Source: Solirubrobacterales bacterium
GTDB taxonomy: Bacteria; Actinomycetota; Thermoleophilia; Solirubrobacterales; 70-9
Assembly: GCA_035634715.1 (NCBI GenBank)
Contig: DASQCL010000101.1
Location: 1-32,000, forward strand
Direction of reading: 5' to 3'
Length of the DNA: 32,000 bases
Below, one piece after another: positions 23,755-31,770 of the stretch (position 1 is its first letter; every line of letters begins with the position of its first letter). The position numbers were made by a program, and so were the translations under genes. The notes under the pieces are model-generated. The model was not told the origin of the DNA, searched no databases, and saw only the letters and a program-made list of their open reading frames with translations.

Positions 23755-23761
23755 CGCGGTG

Positions 23762-25279
23762 ATGAAGCTCAGGGAGCTCATCCTCGGCATGGACTTCGCC
23801 GGCGTCGATGGGGATGAGGACACGGACGTCGCCTCGCTCGCCTACGACAGCTCCCGGGTGGCCCCGCGAGCGCTCTTCTTCTGTGTTCGCGGTCAACGGG
23901 CCGACGGCCACGACTTCGCTCCCTCGGCGGTCGAGCGCGGCGCCGTGGCGCTGGTGGTCGAGCGCCGCCTCGAGCTGCCCGTTCCCCAGGTGAGGGTCGC
24001 CGACGCGCGGGCGGCGATGGCGCCGATCGCGGTGCGGTTCTGGGGCGATCCGACCGCCACCCTCCGGGTCGCCGGGATCACCGGCACCAACGGGAAGACG
24101 ACGACGGCCTTCCTGATTCGTCACATCCTGGAGGCGCAGGGGATTCAGACTGGGCTCCTGGGGACGGTCAAGAGCATCGTCGGTGGCGTCGAGGAGGAGG
24201 TCGAGCGGACGACCCCGGAGGCGATCGACCTGCAGGCCACGTTCCGCAGGATGCTCGACGCCGGCGACACCGCGTGCGCGATGGAGGTCTCCTCCCACGC
24301 GCTGTCCCAGAACCGCACGGATGGCGTCCGCTTCGCGGTCGCCGTCTTCACCAACCTCACCCAGGACCATCTCGACTTCCACTCGGACATGGAGGACTAC
24401 TTCCGCGCGAAGCGCCTCCTCTTCGTCCCGGAGGCGGGTAACCAGATGACGCCGGCCGTCGCCGTCGTGAACGTGGACGATCCCTACGGCGCCCGCATCG
24501 CCGCCGACCTCCGCGAGGCCTCCGAGCCTCCCCTGCGGACGTTCTCGCCTTCAGGCTCCAGCGAAGCGGACTACCGGGCGCTGGACGCCTCCTTCGACGC
24601 CTCCGGGTCGCGCTTCCGCTGCGCCTGGCCCGGCGGCGAGGCCGAGGTCCGCACGCCCCTCGCGGGCCACTTCAACGTCGAGAACGCCCTGGCGGCGATC
24701 GCCGCCTGCCACGCCCTCGGCGTCTCCGTCGAGGCCGCGGCGGCGGCCCTCGGCGATGCGGACCGGGCCCCGGGGCGCTTCGAGCCCGTCGAGGACGGCC
24801 AGCCGTTCGCCGTGCTCGTCGACTACGCCCACACGCCGGACTCGCTGGACAACGTCCTCCACGCGGCGCGCCTGCTGACCGAGAGGAGGCTCATCTGCGT
24901 CTTCGGCTGCGGCGGCGACCGCGATCGCGACAAGCGCCCCAAGATGGGCGAGATCGCCGCGCGCCTGGCCGACCGGACCGTCGTCACCTCCGACAACCCC
25001 CGTTCGGAGGACCCCGAGGCGATCATCGCGGACATCCTCGCCGGCATCCCCGGCTATGCGAGCGGAAACGGACATGGGCGCGAGGACATCGCAGTGGAGC
25101 CGGACCGGCGCGCGGCCATCGCCATCGCGCTCGCCGAGGCGGAGCCGGGCGACACCGTGGTGATCGCCGGCAAGGGACACGAGCAGGGCCAGGAGTTCGA
25201 GGGCGGCCGGAAGATCCCCTTCGACGACCGCACGGTGGCGGCCGAGCTCCTCGGCGAGGCCGCGGGCCGGACCCGATGA
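23762..25279 (+). CDS. murE: UDP-N-acetylmuramoyl-L-alanyl-D-glutamate--2,6-diaminopimelate ligase
   Basis: GITGTNGKTTTAF, the Mur ligase central and C-terminal domains, and the DNPR motif (VVTSDNPRSEDP) associated with meso-DAP-adding MurE. Confidence 0.92.
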   Translation: MKLRELILGMDFAGVDGDEDTDVASLAYDSSRVAPRALFFCVRGQRADGHDFAPSAVERGAVALVVERRLELPVPQVRVADARAAMAPIAVRFWGDPTATLRVAGITGTNGKTTTAFLIRHILEAQGIQTGLLGTVKSIVGGVEEEVERTTPEAIDLQATFRRMLDAGDTACAMEVSSHALSQNRTDGVRFAVAVFTNLTQDHLDFHSDMEDYFRAKRLLFVPEAGNQMTPAVAVVNVDDPYGARIAADLREASEPPLRTFSPSGSSEADYRALDASFDASGSRFRCAWPGGEAEVRTPLAGHFNVENALAAIAACHALGVSVEAAAAALGDADRAPGRFEPVEDGQPFAVLVDYAHTPDSLDNVLHAARLLTERRLICVFGCGGDRDRDKRPKMGEIAARLADRTVVTSDNPRSEDPEAIIADILAGIPGYASGNGHGREDIAVEPDRRAAIAIALAEAEPGDTVVIAGKGHEQGQEFEGGRKIPFDDRTVAAELLGEAAGRTR

Positions 25280-26643
25280 TCGAGCTGTCCCCGGAGCGCA
25301 TCGTCGAGGGCGCCGGTGCGACGATCGCCGCCGCGGGCCAGGGCGGGCGCCCCGAGCGCGCGGTCATCGATTCACGCGAGGTGGGGGAGGGGGATCTCTT
25401 CTTCGGGCTACAGGGCGCGCGCGCCGACGGCGGCGAGTTCGCCGCCCAGGCGCTGGACGCCGGTGCTTGGGGGGTCGTCGTCGATCACGCACGTGCTCGC
25501 CTCCTCACTGGGGACAGCTCGACCGGCTCGGGCTGGGTCCTGGCCGCCGACGACCCGCTGGCCGCGCTCCAGCGCCTGGCGACGGCGTGGCGCCGCGAGC
25601 TGGGGTGCCGGGTGGTGGGGATCACCGGCTCGGTTGGCAAGACGTCGGCGAAGGACATCTGCCGGGCCCTGCTGCCGATGCGAGTGCACGCCAGCCGGGA
25701 GAACTTCAACACCGAGATCGGGCTGCCGCTCGCAATCCTCGAGGCACCTTCGGAGACCGAGGCGCTCGTCCTCGAGATGGCCATGCGAGGCCGCGGGCAG
25801 ATCGCGCAGCTGTGCGAGATCGCCGAGCCCGACGTCGGCGCGATCACCAACATCGGTCCAGTTCACCTCGAGCTCCTGGGGACGATGGAGGCGATCGCCG
25901 AAGCCAAGGCCGAGATCCTCATGGGACTGCGCGACCGTGGCCGGGCGGTGATCCCGGCCGACGAGGAGGCGTTGGAACCCCACCTCCATGAGCAGTTCGT
26001 GACAATCACCTTCGGGCCCGGCGGCGACGTCTTCTGCGTCAGCCAGACCGGCGACGGCCGCTCGATCGACGCCGTGATCGGCACCCCCGACGGGGAGGAG
26101 CGGTTCGAGTTCCCGTTCGGGGAGGCCCACAACCTCCAGAACGCGCAGGCGGCGATCGCGATCGGGACTGCGCTGGACGTCCCGCCCGCCGAGATGTCGC
26201 AGCGGACCTCGCGGATAACCTTCTCGCGCCTTCGGGGCGAGCTGATCGAGCTCGCCGGGGAGATCGTCGTCGTGAACGACTGCTACAACGCCAATCCGAT
26301 CTCGATGCGCGCTGCCCTGGAGCACCTGGCATCCCTCGACACGGCCGGACGCCACGTGGCCGTCCTGGGGGAGATGCGCGAGCTCGGGTCAAACGCCGAG
26401 GGCTACCACCGCGAGATCGGCGCCCACGCGCGCCAGCTTGGCGTCGAGCCGATCCTCGGGGTTGGCGAGCTCGCCCGCGCCTACGCGCCGGACGCCTGGG
26501 CGCCGGACGCCGAGGCTGCGATCCCGCTCGCCGAGGCGATGGTCGAGCGGGGCGACGCCGTACTGGTCAAGGGCTCACGCGCGGTCGGCCTCGAGCTGGT
26601 CACGGACGAGCTGGTCGCGCACCGGGGGACCGGAGGCGGATGA
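25276..26643 (+). CDS. murF: UDP-N-acetylmuramoyl-tripeptide--D-alanyl-D-alanine ligase
   Basis: ATGA overlap with murE. DSREVGEGDLFFGLQGARADGGEF, GITGSVGKTSAKD, NDCYNANPISM. Confidence 0.92.
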   Translation: MIELSPERIVEGAGATIAAAGQGGRPERAVIDSREVGEGDLFFGLQGARADGGEFAAQALDAGAWGVVVDHARARLLTGDSSTGSGWVLAADDPLAALQRLATAWRRELGCRVVGITGSVGKTSAKDICRALLPMRVHASRENFNTEIGLPLAILEAPSETEALVLEMAMRGRGQIAQLCEIAEPDVGAITNIGPVHLELLGTMEAIAEAKAEILMGLRDRGRAVIPADEEALEPHLHEQFVTITFGPGGDVFCVSQTGDGRSIDAVIGTPDGEERFEFPFGEAHNLQNAQAAIAIGTALDVPPAEMSQRTSRITFSRLRGELIELAGEIVVVNDCYNANPISMRAALEHLASLDTAGRHVAVLGEMRELGSNAEGYHREIGAHARQLGVEPILGVGELARAYAPDAWAPDAEAAIPLAEAMVERGDAVLVKGSRAVGLELVTDELVAHRGTGGG

Positions 26644-27644
26644 CGACGATCGCGCTCGCATCATCGGCGGTCGACCGCGGGCAGATCCTGATCGCGGGCA
26701 TCGCGGCGATGCTGATCACGATCTTCCTCGGCCCGAAGTTCATCGAGTTCCTCCGCGAGCGTGAGTTCGGCCAGCAGATCCGGGAGGAGGGCCCGCAGGA
26801 GCATCACGCCAAGGCCGGGACACCGACGATGGGCGGCCTCATCCTCTTCATCGCGATCGCGGTCCCGTACCTGGTGCTCGGCCCCCGCGACACCCAGAGC
26901 CTCGCGGTCTTCGGCGTCGCGATCGGGGCCGCCGCGCTCGGCTTCGCCGACGACTTCATCAAGGTCACCAAGAAGCGCTCGCTTGGCCTACCCGCGCGCT
27001 GGAAGCTGCTCGTCCAGATCGGCCTCGCGCTCGCCCTCTGGTGGGTTGCCACCGAGCAGGTGGGCCTGGACCCGCGCCTGCAGGTGCGGATCTTCGACGC
27101 GCAGCTCTACATCGGCCCGGTCCTCTACGTGGTCCTGGTGTTCCTCGTGATCGCCGGAGCGTCGAACGCGGTCAACCTGACCGACGGCCTTGACGGCCTC
27201 GCTCCCGGCTCCTGCGCGATCGTCCTGCTCGCCTACACGGCGATCACGATCATCAGCGGCCAGAAGGGGCTGGCGTTGCTGTCGGCCTGCCTGGTGGGCG
27301 CCTCGGTCGGCTTCTTATGGTTCAACTCGTTCCCCGCTGCGATCTTCATGGGGGACACCGGCTCGCTCGGCCTGGGAGCTGCGATCGGCGCGTTAGCCGT
27401 GATGACGCAGACGGAGCTCCTGCTGATCATCCTCGGCGGGATCTTCGTGATCGAGGCCCTCTCGGTTGCGGTGCAGGTGCTGAGCTTCAAGATGTTCCGG
27501 CGCCGCGTTCTCCTGATGGCCCCGGTCCATCACCACTTCGAGATGATGGCCTGGTCGGAAACGAAGATCATGTTGCGCTTCTGGATCGTGGCGGCGGTCT
27601 GCGCGGGCATCGGCTTCACGCTGTACCAGCACTCGATCAGCTGA
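26640..27644 (+). CDS. mraY: Phospho-N-acetylmuramoyl-pentapeptide transferase
   Basis: ATGA overlap with murF. KAGTPTMGG, GFADDFIKV, NAVNLTDGLDGLA, FMGDTGSLGLG, PVHHHFE. Confidence 0.95.
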   Translation: MTTIALASSAVDRGQILIAGIAAMLITIFLGPKFIEFLREREFGQQIREEGPQEHHAKAGTPTMGGLILFIAIAVPYLVLGPRDTQSLAVFGVAIGAAALGFADDFIKVTKKRSLGLPARWKLLVQIGLALALWWVATEQVGLDPRLQVRIFDAQLYIGPVLYVVLVFLVIAGASNAVNLTDGLDGLAPGSCAIVLLAYTAITIISGQKGLALLSACLVGASVGFLWFNSFPAAIFMGDTGSLGLGAAIGALAVMTQTELLLIILGGIFVIEALSVAVQVLSFKMFRRRVLLMAPVHHHFEMMAWSETKIMLRFWIVAAVCAGIGFTLYQHSIS

Positions 27645-27673
27645 GCGGGGCCGAGCCGTAACCGACCGCGGAG

Positions 27674-27679
27674 TAGCCT
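27674..27679 (+). promoter_or_regulatory. Putative -10 hexamer TAGCCT, 6 nt upstream of the aldo/keto reductase GTG; implies a leaderless mRNA
   Basis: TAGCCT-gcgcgc-GTG(27686). Confidence 0.35.
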
Positions 27680-27685
27680 GCGCGC

Positions 27686-28576
27686 GTGCCCTCGGCCGGG
27701 ACCGACACCGTTCCCCTCGCCGGGCGCCCCGTGCGTCGCATCGGCTTCGGCGCAATGCAGCTCCCCGGTCCCGGGGTCTTCGGGCCGCCTCCGGATCGCG
27801 GGGCTGCGGTCGGCGTCCTGCGGCGGGCTGTCGAGCTCGGTGTCAATCACATCGATACCGCGCAGTACTACGGGCCCGATGTCGCGAACGAGCTGATCCG
27901 TGAGGCGCTCCATCCCTATCCGCAGGACCTCGTGCTGGTCAGCAAGGTTGGGGCAAAGCGCGACGCCGAGGGCGGGTGGCATCCGGCGCTGAGCCCAGGT
28001 GAGCTTCGCGCCGGCGTCGAGGACAACCTGCGCTCGCTCGAGGTCGATCGCGTCGACGTGGTCAACCTACGCGTCTTCGAGGCACTCGGACCGCCAGCGG
28101 AGAATCAGGAGGCGTACGCGGCCTTCGACGAGCGGCTCGACGCGATGATCGCCATGCGGGACGAGGGCCTGATCGGTGGCATCGGCCTCAGCAACGTCTC
28201 GCTCGATCAGTTCGAGCACGCAGCCGCCCGCACCGAGATCGCCTGTGTCCAGAACGCCCTCAATCTGATCGAGCGAGCCGCGTTGCCGCTGATGGAGCGC
28301 TGCCGCTCGGGCGGGACACCATTCGTACCCTTCTTCCCGCTGGGCTCCGCGTTCGATGCCCGCAAGCGCGTCCTCGAGCACCCCGCGGTTCGCGCCACGG
28401 CGGAGCGCCTCGGCGCGTTGCCCTCGCAGGTCGCCATCGCCTGGCTCGGAGCGCTCGCGCCGAATATCTTGCTGATCCCGGGCACGTCCTCGGTCGAGCA
28501 CCTCGAGGAGAACCTCGCAGCAGCCGACCTCGTCCTCGACGATGAGGCACTCGCCAGCCTGGGCGACGCGTCCTGA
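27686..28576 (+). CDS. Aldo/keto reductase family oxidoreductase
   Basis: VRRIGFGAMQLPGPGVFGPP...LRRAVELGVNHIDTAQYYG...LVLVSKVG...GIGLSNVS...NLIERA...IPGTSSVEHLEEN are the typical AKR motifs. Confidence 0.88.
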   Translation: MPSAGTDTVPLAGRPVRRIGFGAMQLPGPGVFGPPPDRGAAVGVLRRAVELGVNHIDTAQYYGPDVANELIREALHPYPQDLVLVSKVGAKRDAEGGWHPALSPGELRAGVEDNLRSLEVDRVDVVNLRVFEALGPPAENQEAYAAFDERLDAMIAMRDEGLIGGIGLSNVSLDQFEHAAARTEIACVQNALNLIERAALPLMERCRSGGTPFVPFFPLGSAFDARKRVLEHPAVRATAERLGALPSQVAIAWLGALAPNILLIPGTSSVEHLEENLAAADLVLDDEALASLGDAS

Positions 28577-28585
28577 CGTTCGCCG

Positions 28586-29026
28586 TTACTGGTTCGGCAG
28601 CGGCGACCCCGCGAAGACAAAGAACCACAACATGAAGGCCGCGGTCACCACGACCGTCGTGAACACGAACGCCGACTCGATCGCGGTCAGGCGCTTCTCG
28701 CCGGGCCGGTAGGGCTCATCGCGCATGCTGCGGTTCCACGGGTAGCGGGTCGGCGGGCGCGGCTCGGCCTCCTTTGGCTCACCGCGCGCCACGATCCAGC
28801 CGGCGACGAACAGCAGCGCGAGGTAGGTCAGGACGATCCCGGCGAAGATGATCGCCGCGGTGCTGCTGTTCACCGTGTCGGCGCCGCCGCCCTGGAGCTT
28901 CGAGCCGATCCAGACCCACAGCAGCGGCACCGCGAGGCCGATGCCGAGAGCGAGCACGACTGCGATCGCCAGCCGAATTCCGCCGGCGCGATCGCTCTCC
29001 CTCGTGCTGTCCTCGCTATCCGCCAC
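28586..29026 (-). CDS. Small hypothetical membrane protein (about 146 aa, 3 predicted TM helices)
   Basis: This is the 3' part of the 606-aa minus ORF. It has high GC3 and three hydrophobic helices (IRLAIAVVLALGIGLAVPLLWVWIG; AAIIFAGIVLTYLALLFVAGWIV; FVFTTVVVTAAFMLWFFVFAG). GTG start at 29026. The rest of that ORF is the antisense shadow of murD. Confidence 0.6.
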   Translation of the reverse strand: MADSEDSTRESDRAGGIRLAIAVVLALGIGLAVPLLWVWIGSKLQGGGADTVNSSTAAIIFAGIVLTYLALLFVAGWIVARGEPKEAEPRPPTRYPWNRSMRDEPYRPGEKRLTAIESAFVFTTVVVTAAFMLWFFVFAGSPLPNQ

Positions 29027-29077
29027 CGTAAGGCGCCGGACGAAGGTTCCCACACAGCCGGCCGCGAATCTAATGCC

Positions 29078-30439
29078 ATGAACGCGAGCACCTCCAAGAG
29101 GCTCAGACCAGGCGTGCCGCCGGGCCCGTACCTGGTTGTCGGCCTGGCCCGCTCGGGGCAGGCGGCGGCGCTTTTGCTGGCGTCGCGGGGTGAGGAGGTG
29201 ATCGGCTGCGATGTGGGTTCGCCGGCGGGGCTGGAAGGGCTTCGGGAGGCCGCCGTCGAAGTTCACCTGGATACGGATGGAGTCCCCCTGCTCGAACGCG
29301 CTCGCTGCCTGGTCAAGAGCCCCGGCGTACCTCGCGAGGCGCCGGTCGTGCGGCTGGCTCGGGAGCGCGGGATCCCGGTGCTCGGCGAGCTCGAGCTGGC
29401 CTGGCGAGTCCTTCCCAACCGGTTCGTCGCGGTGACCGGGACCAACGGCAAGACCACCGTGACCGAGTTGCTCGGGCACGTGTGGCGCACTGCCTCCGAG
29501 CCCGTCGCGGTCGCCGGCAACGTCGGGACCCCGCTCGCATCGCTCGCCGGTGAGGTCGCAGAGGAGGTGACGGTCGTCTGCGAGGCCTCGAGCTTCCAGC
29601 TCGAGGACGCCGAGGCGTTCGCGCCGGAGTGCGCCGTGCTCCTCAACGTCACCCCCGACCACCTCGACCGCCATCACGACTTCGAGGACTACCTGCGGGC
29701 GAAGCTCCGCATCTTCGCCAACCAGGGGAACGACGACGTCGCCGTGTTCAACGCGGACGAGCCCGCGCTCGAAGGCAGGGACCTGGGCGGCTGCGCCCGG
29801 CGGATTCCGTACTGTCGCGGAGCCGACCCCGATTGCGCCGTCTCGATCAACGAGGACGTTCTCTTCGTGGGATCCGAGCCGCTGATGGAGGTCGCCGAAC
29901 TGTCGCTGCCCGGCCCGCACAACGCCGACAACGCGATGGCGGCCGCCGTCGCCGCGACGGCGATGGGGATCGATCGCGGGTCCATCCGCGAGGCGCTCCG
30001 GACCTTCCCCGGCGTCCCGCACCGGCTCGAGCGGGTCGCGGAGATCGACGGGGTCCTCTACATAAACGACTCGAAGGCGACCAACGTGGCCGCGGCGGCG
30101 GCCGCGCTCCGCTCGTTTGACGGCGGGGTGCGGGCGATCCTCGGTGGGTCGCTCAAGGGCGGCGGCTTCGAGGGCCTGGCCGAACCGGTCGCCGAGCGCT
30201 GCGTCGCCTGCTACCTGATCGGCGAGGCGGCCGATGCGCTGGCGAGCGACCTGGCCGGCTCCGGCGTGGAGCTGCGCCGCAGCGGCGACCTGGAGGCGGC
30301 GGTCCGCGAGGCCGCCCGCGACGCCGTTCGGAGCGAGGTGGTCCTGCTCGCCCCGGCGTGCGCGAGCTTCGACGCCTACCGCGACTACGAGGAGCGGGGC
30401 GAGCACTTCCGCTCCCTGGTCGAGGAGCTCGAGCGATGA
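29078..30439 (+). CDS. murD: UDP-N-acetylmuramoylalanine--D-glutamate ligase
   Basis: YLVVGLARSGQAAALLL (Rossmann-like N-terminus), VAVTGTNGKTTVTELL, NVTPDHLDRH, GPHNADNAMAA, NDSKATN. Start at ATG 29078, or GTG 29114 (AAGAGG 13 nt upstream). Confidence 0.92.
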   Translation: MNASTSKRLRPGVPPGPYLVVGLARSGQAAALLLASRGEEVIGCDVGSPAGLEGLREAAVEVHLDTDGVPLLERARCLVKSPGVPREAPVVRLARERGIPVLGELELAWRVLPNRFVAVTGTNGKTTVTELLGHVWRTASEPVAVAGNVGTPLASLAGEVAEEVTVVCEASSFQLEDAEAFAPECAVLLNVTPDHLDRHHDFEDYLRAKLRIFANQGNDDVAVFNADEPALEGRDLGGCARRIPYCRGADPDCAVSINEDVLFVGSEPLMEVAELSLPGPHNADNAMAAAVAATAMGIDRGSIREALRTFPGVPHRLERVAEIDGVLYINDSKATNVAAAAAALRSFDGGVRAILGGSLKGGGFEGLAEPVAERCVACYLIGEAADALASDLAGSGVELRRSGDLEAAVREAARDAVRSEVVLLAPACASFDAYRDYEERGEHFRSLVEELER

Positions 30440-31770
30440 GCGCGTTCTCGCTCGGCCGGCTCGGGCCCCGGACCCGGACCAAGTCCGGCGCGCAGCCCAT
30501 CGAGTACAGCCTCCTGCTCACCGCGACCCTTTGCCTGCTGGCGTTCGGTGTCGTGATGGTGTTCAGCGCGAGCTCCACGACCCAGCTGTTGGGCCAGAGC
30601 GGGGACAGCGCCTACTACCTCAAGCGAACGCTGGCCGTCGGCGCGATCGGACTCGTGCTCATGCGGCTGATGTCCGTGCGCGGCGCCAAGGTGATGCGAC
30701 CGCTGACGGGCCTCCTGCTGATCGTCTCGTTCGGCCTCCTCGTCGCGGTGATGCTGCCGGGCATCGGCAGCTCGGCGAACGGGGCGCAGCGCTGGATCGG
30801 TGCCGGGCCGCTTCAGATCCAGCCGTCGGAGCTCGCGAAGCTCGCGCTGATCCTCTACGGGGCGAACCTGCTCGCGACCCGGCCGCAGATGACGCGCGAG
30901 ATCCGCACGCTCGTTCCGTACCTCACAGTCGTGGGGATGGGATGCCTGTTGATGATGGCCGAGCCGGACCTGGGCACCGCCATCGTCGTCTCCCTGAGCA
31001 CAGCGGCCCTGCTCGTGGCGTCGGGGGTGAAGATCCGGCACCTCCTGCTCCTGGCCGCCGGCCTCGGAGCGATCGTGCTGCTCCTGATCCTGATCGAGCC
31101 GTACCGGATGCAGCGCCTGACCGGGTTCCTCAATCCCACGGGCGACCCGAGCGGCGCCGGGTTTCAGGCGATCCAGGCGAAGATCGCGATGGGCTCCGGC
31201 GGCTTCTTCGGCGTCGGCCTCGGCCAGAGCCTGCAGAAGGCCTTCTATCTTCCTGAGGCCCACACCGACATGATCGCCGCGGTGATCGGCGAGGAGCTCG
31301 GCTTCGTGGGCATCGGAGCGCTTCTCGGGCTGTTCGGCCTCTACGGCTACGCCGGGCTCCGGACCGCCCAGCGTGCCAAGGACCGCTACACGAAGTTGCT
31401 CGCCGCAGGACTGACCTCGATGGTCCTGATCCAGGCGATCGTCAACCTCTTCGCCGTCATGGGGCTCGCGCCGCTGACGGGCGTCCCGCTCCCGTTCGTC
31501 TCCTACGGGAACTCGAGCCTCCTTGTGATGCTCGCCTCGACCGGCCTGCTGCTCAACATCGCGAAGGGCGGCACGGCCGCGGCTCCGGCCCGCACCGGAA
31601 GCGGCGCTGCGAGACTCCGGGTCGTCGACGGCGGTCGAGCAGCTCGCGGCAGAGCGAGCACCGCCGCAGGAAGGAAGGCCACGAGCCGTGCCAAGAGTCG
31701 TGATAGCCGCGGGGGGGACCGCGGGACACGTCGTTCCAGCGCTGGCCGTCGCCGACGCGCTTCGCGATAG
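30436..31770 (+). CDS. ftsW: Lipid II flippase / SEDS-family peptidoglycan polymerase FtsW
   Basis: ATGA overlap with murD. FtsW/RodA/SpoVE hallmarks: LLAFGVVMVFSASS, RWIGAGPLQIQPSELAKLALI, EPDLGTA, AHTDMIAAVIGEELGF, PLTGVPLPFVSYGNSS. Arg-rich C-terminal tail. Confidence 0.9.
   Translation: MSAFSLGRLGPRTRTKSGAQPIEYSLLLTATLCLLAFGVVMVFSASSTTQLLGQSGDSAYYLKRTLAVGAIGLVLMRLMSVRGAKVMRPLTGLLLIVSFGLLVAVMLPGIGSSANGAQRWIGAGPLQIQPSELAKLALILYGANLLATRPQMTREIRTLVPYLTVVGMGCLLMMAEPDLGTAIVVSLSTAALLVASGVKIRHLLLLAAGLGAIVLLLILIEPYRMQRLTGFLNPTGDPSGAGFQAIQAKIAMGSGGFFGVGLGQSLQKAFYLPEAHTDMIAAVIGEELGFVGIGALLGLFGLYGYAGLRTAQRAKDRYTKLLAAGLTSMVLIQAIVNLFAVMGLAPLTGVPLPFVSYGNSSLLVMLASTGLLLNIAKGGTAAAPARTGSGAARLRVVDGGRAARGRASTAAGRKATSRAKSRDSRGGDRGTRRSSAGRRRRASR

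Noticed and set aside
29069-29074. TCTAAT as the murD promoter -10
   Set aside because: It lacks the conserved A at the second position and lies only 3 nt from the ATG at 29078. It is not convincing for either a leaderless or a leadered start, so the murD promoter is left unassigned.
27645-29077. The insert in the dcw cluster as a mobile element or recent horizontal transfer
   Set aside because: No transposase or integrase, no flanking direct or inverted repeats, and no visible change in base composition or codon style relative to the neighbouring genes.
29027-30406. The upstream about 460 codons of the 606-aa minus ORF 28586-30406
   Set aside because: This part is antisense to murD and translates to Arg/Gly/Asp-rich low complexity. 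Only the last about 146 codons (28586-29026) show TM helices and lie outside murD, so only that part is called.
30487-30570. Flp-pilin-like motif (GAQPIEYSLLL followed by a hydrophobic helix)
   Set aside because: It is the N-terminus of FtsW (first TM helix, followed by the conserved VMVFSASS), start-coupled to murD. It is not a separate pilin ORF.
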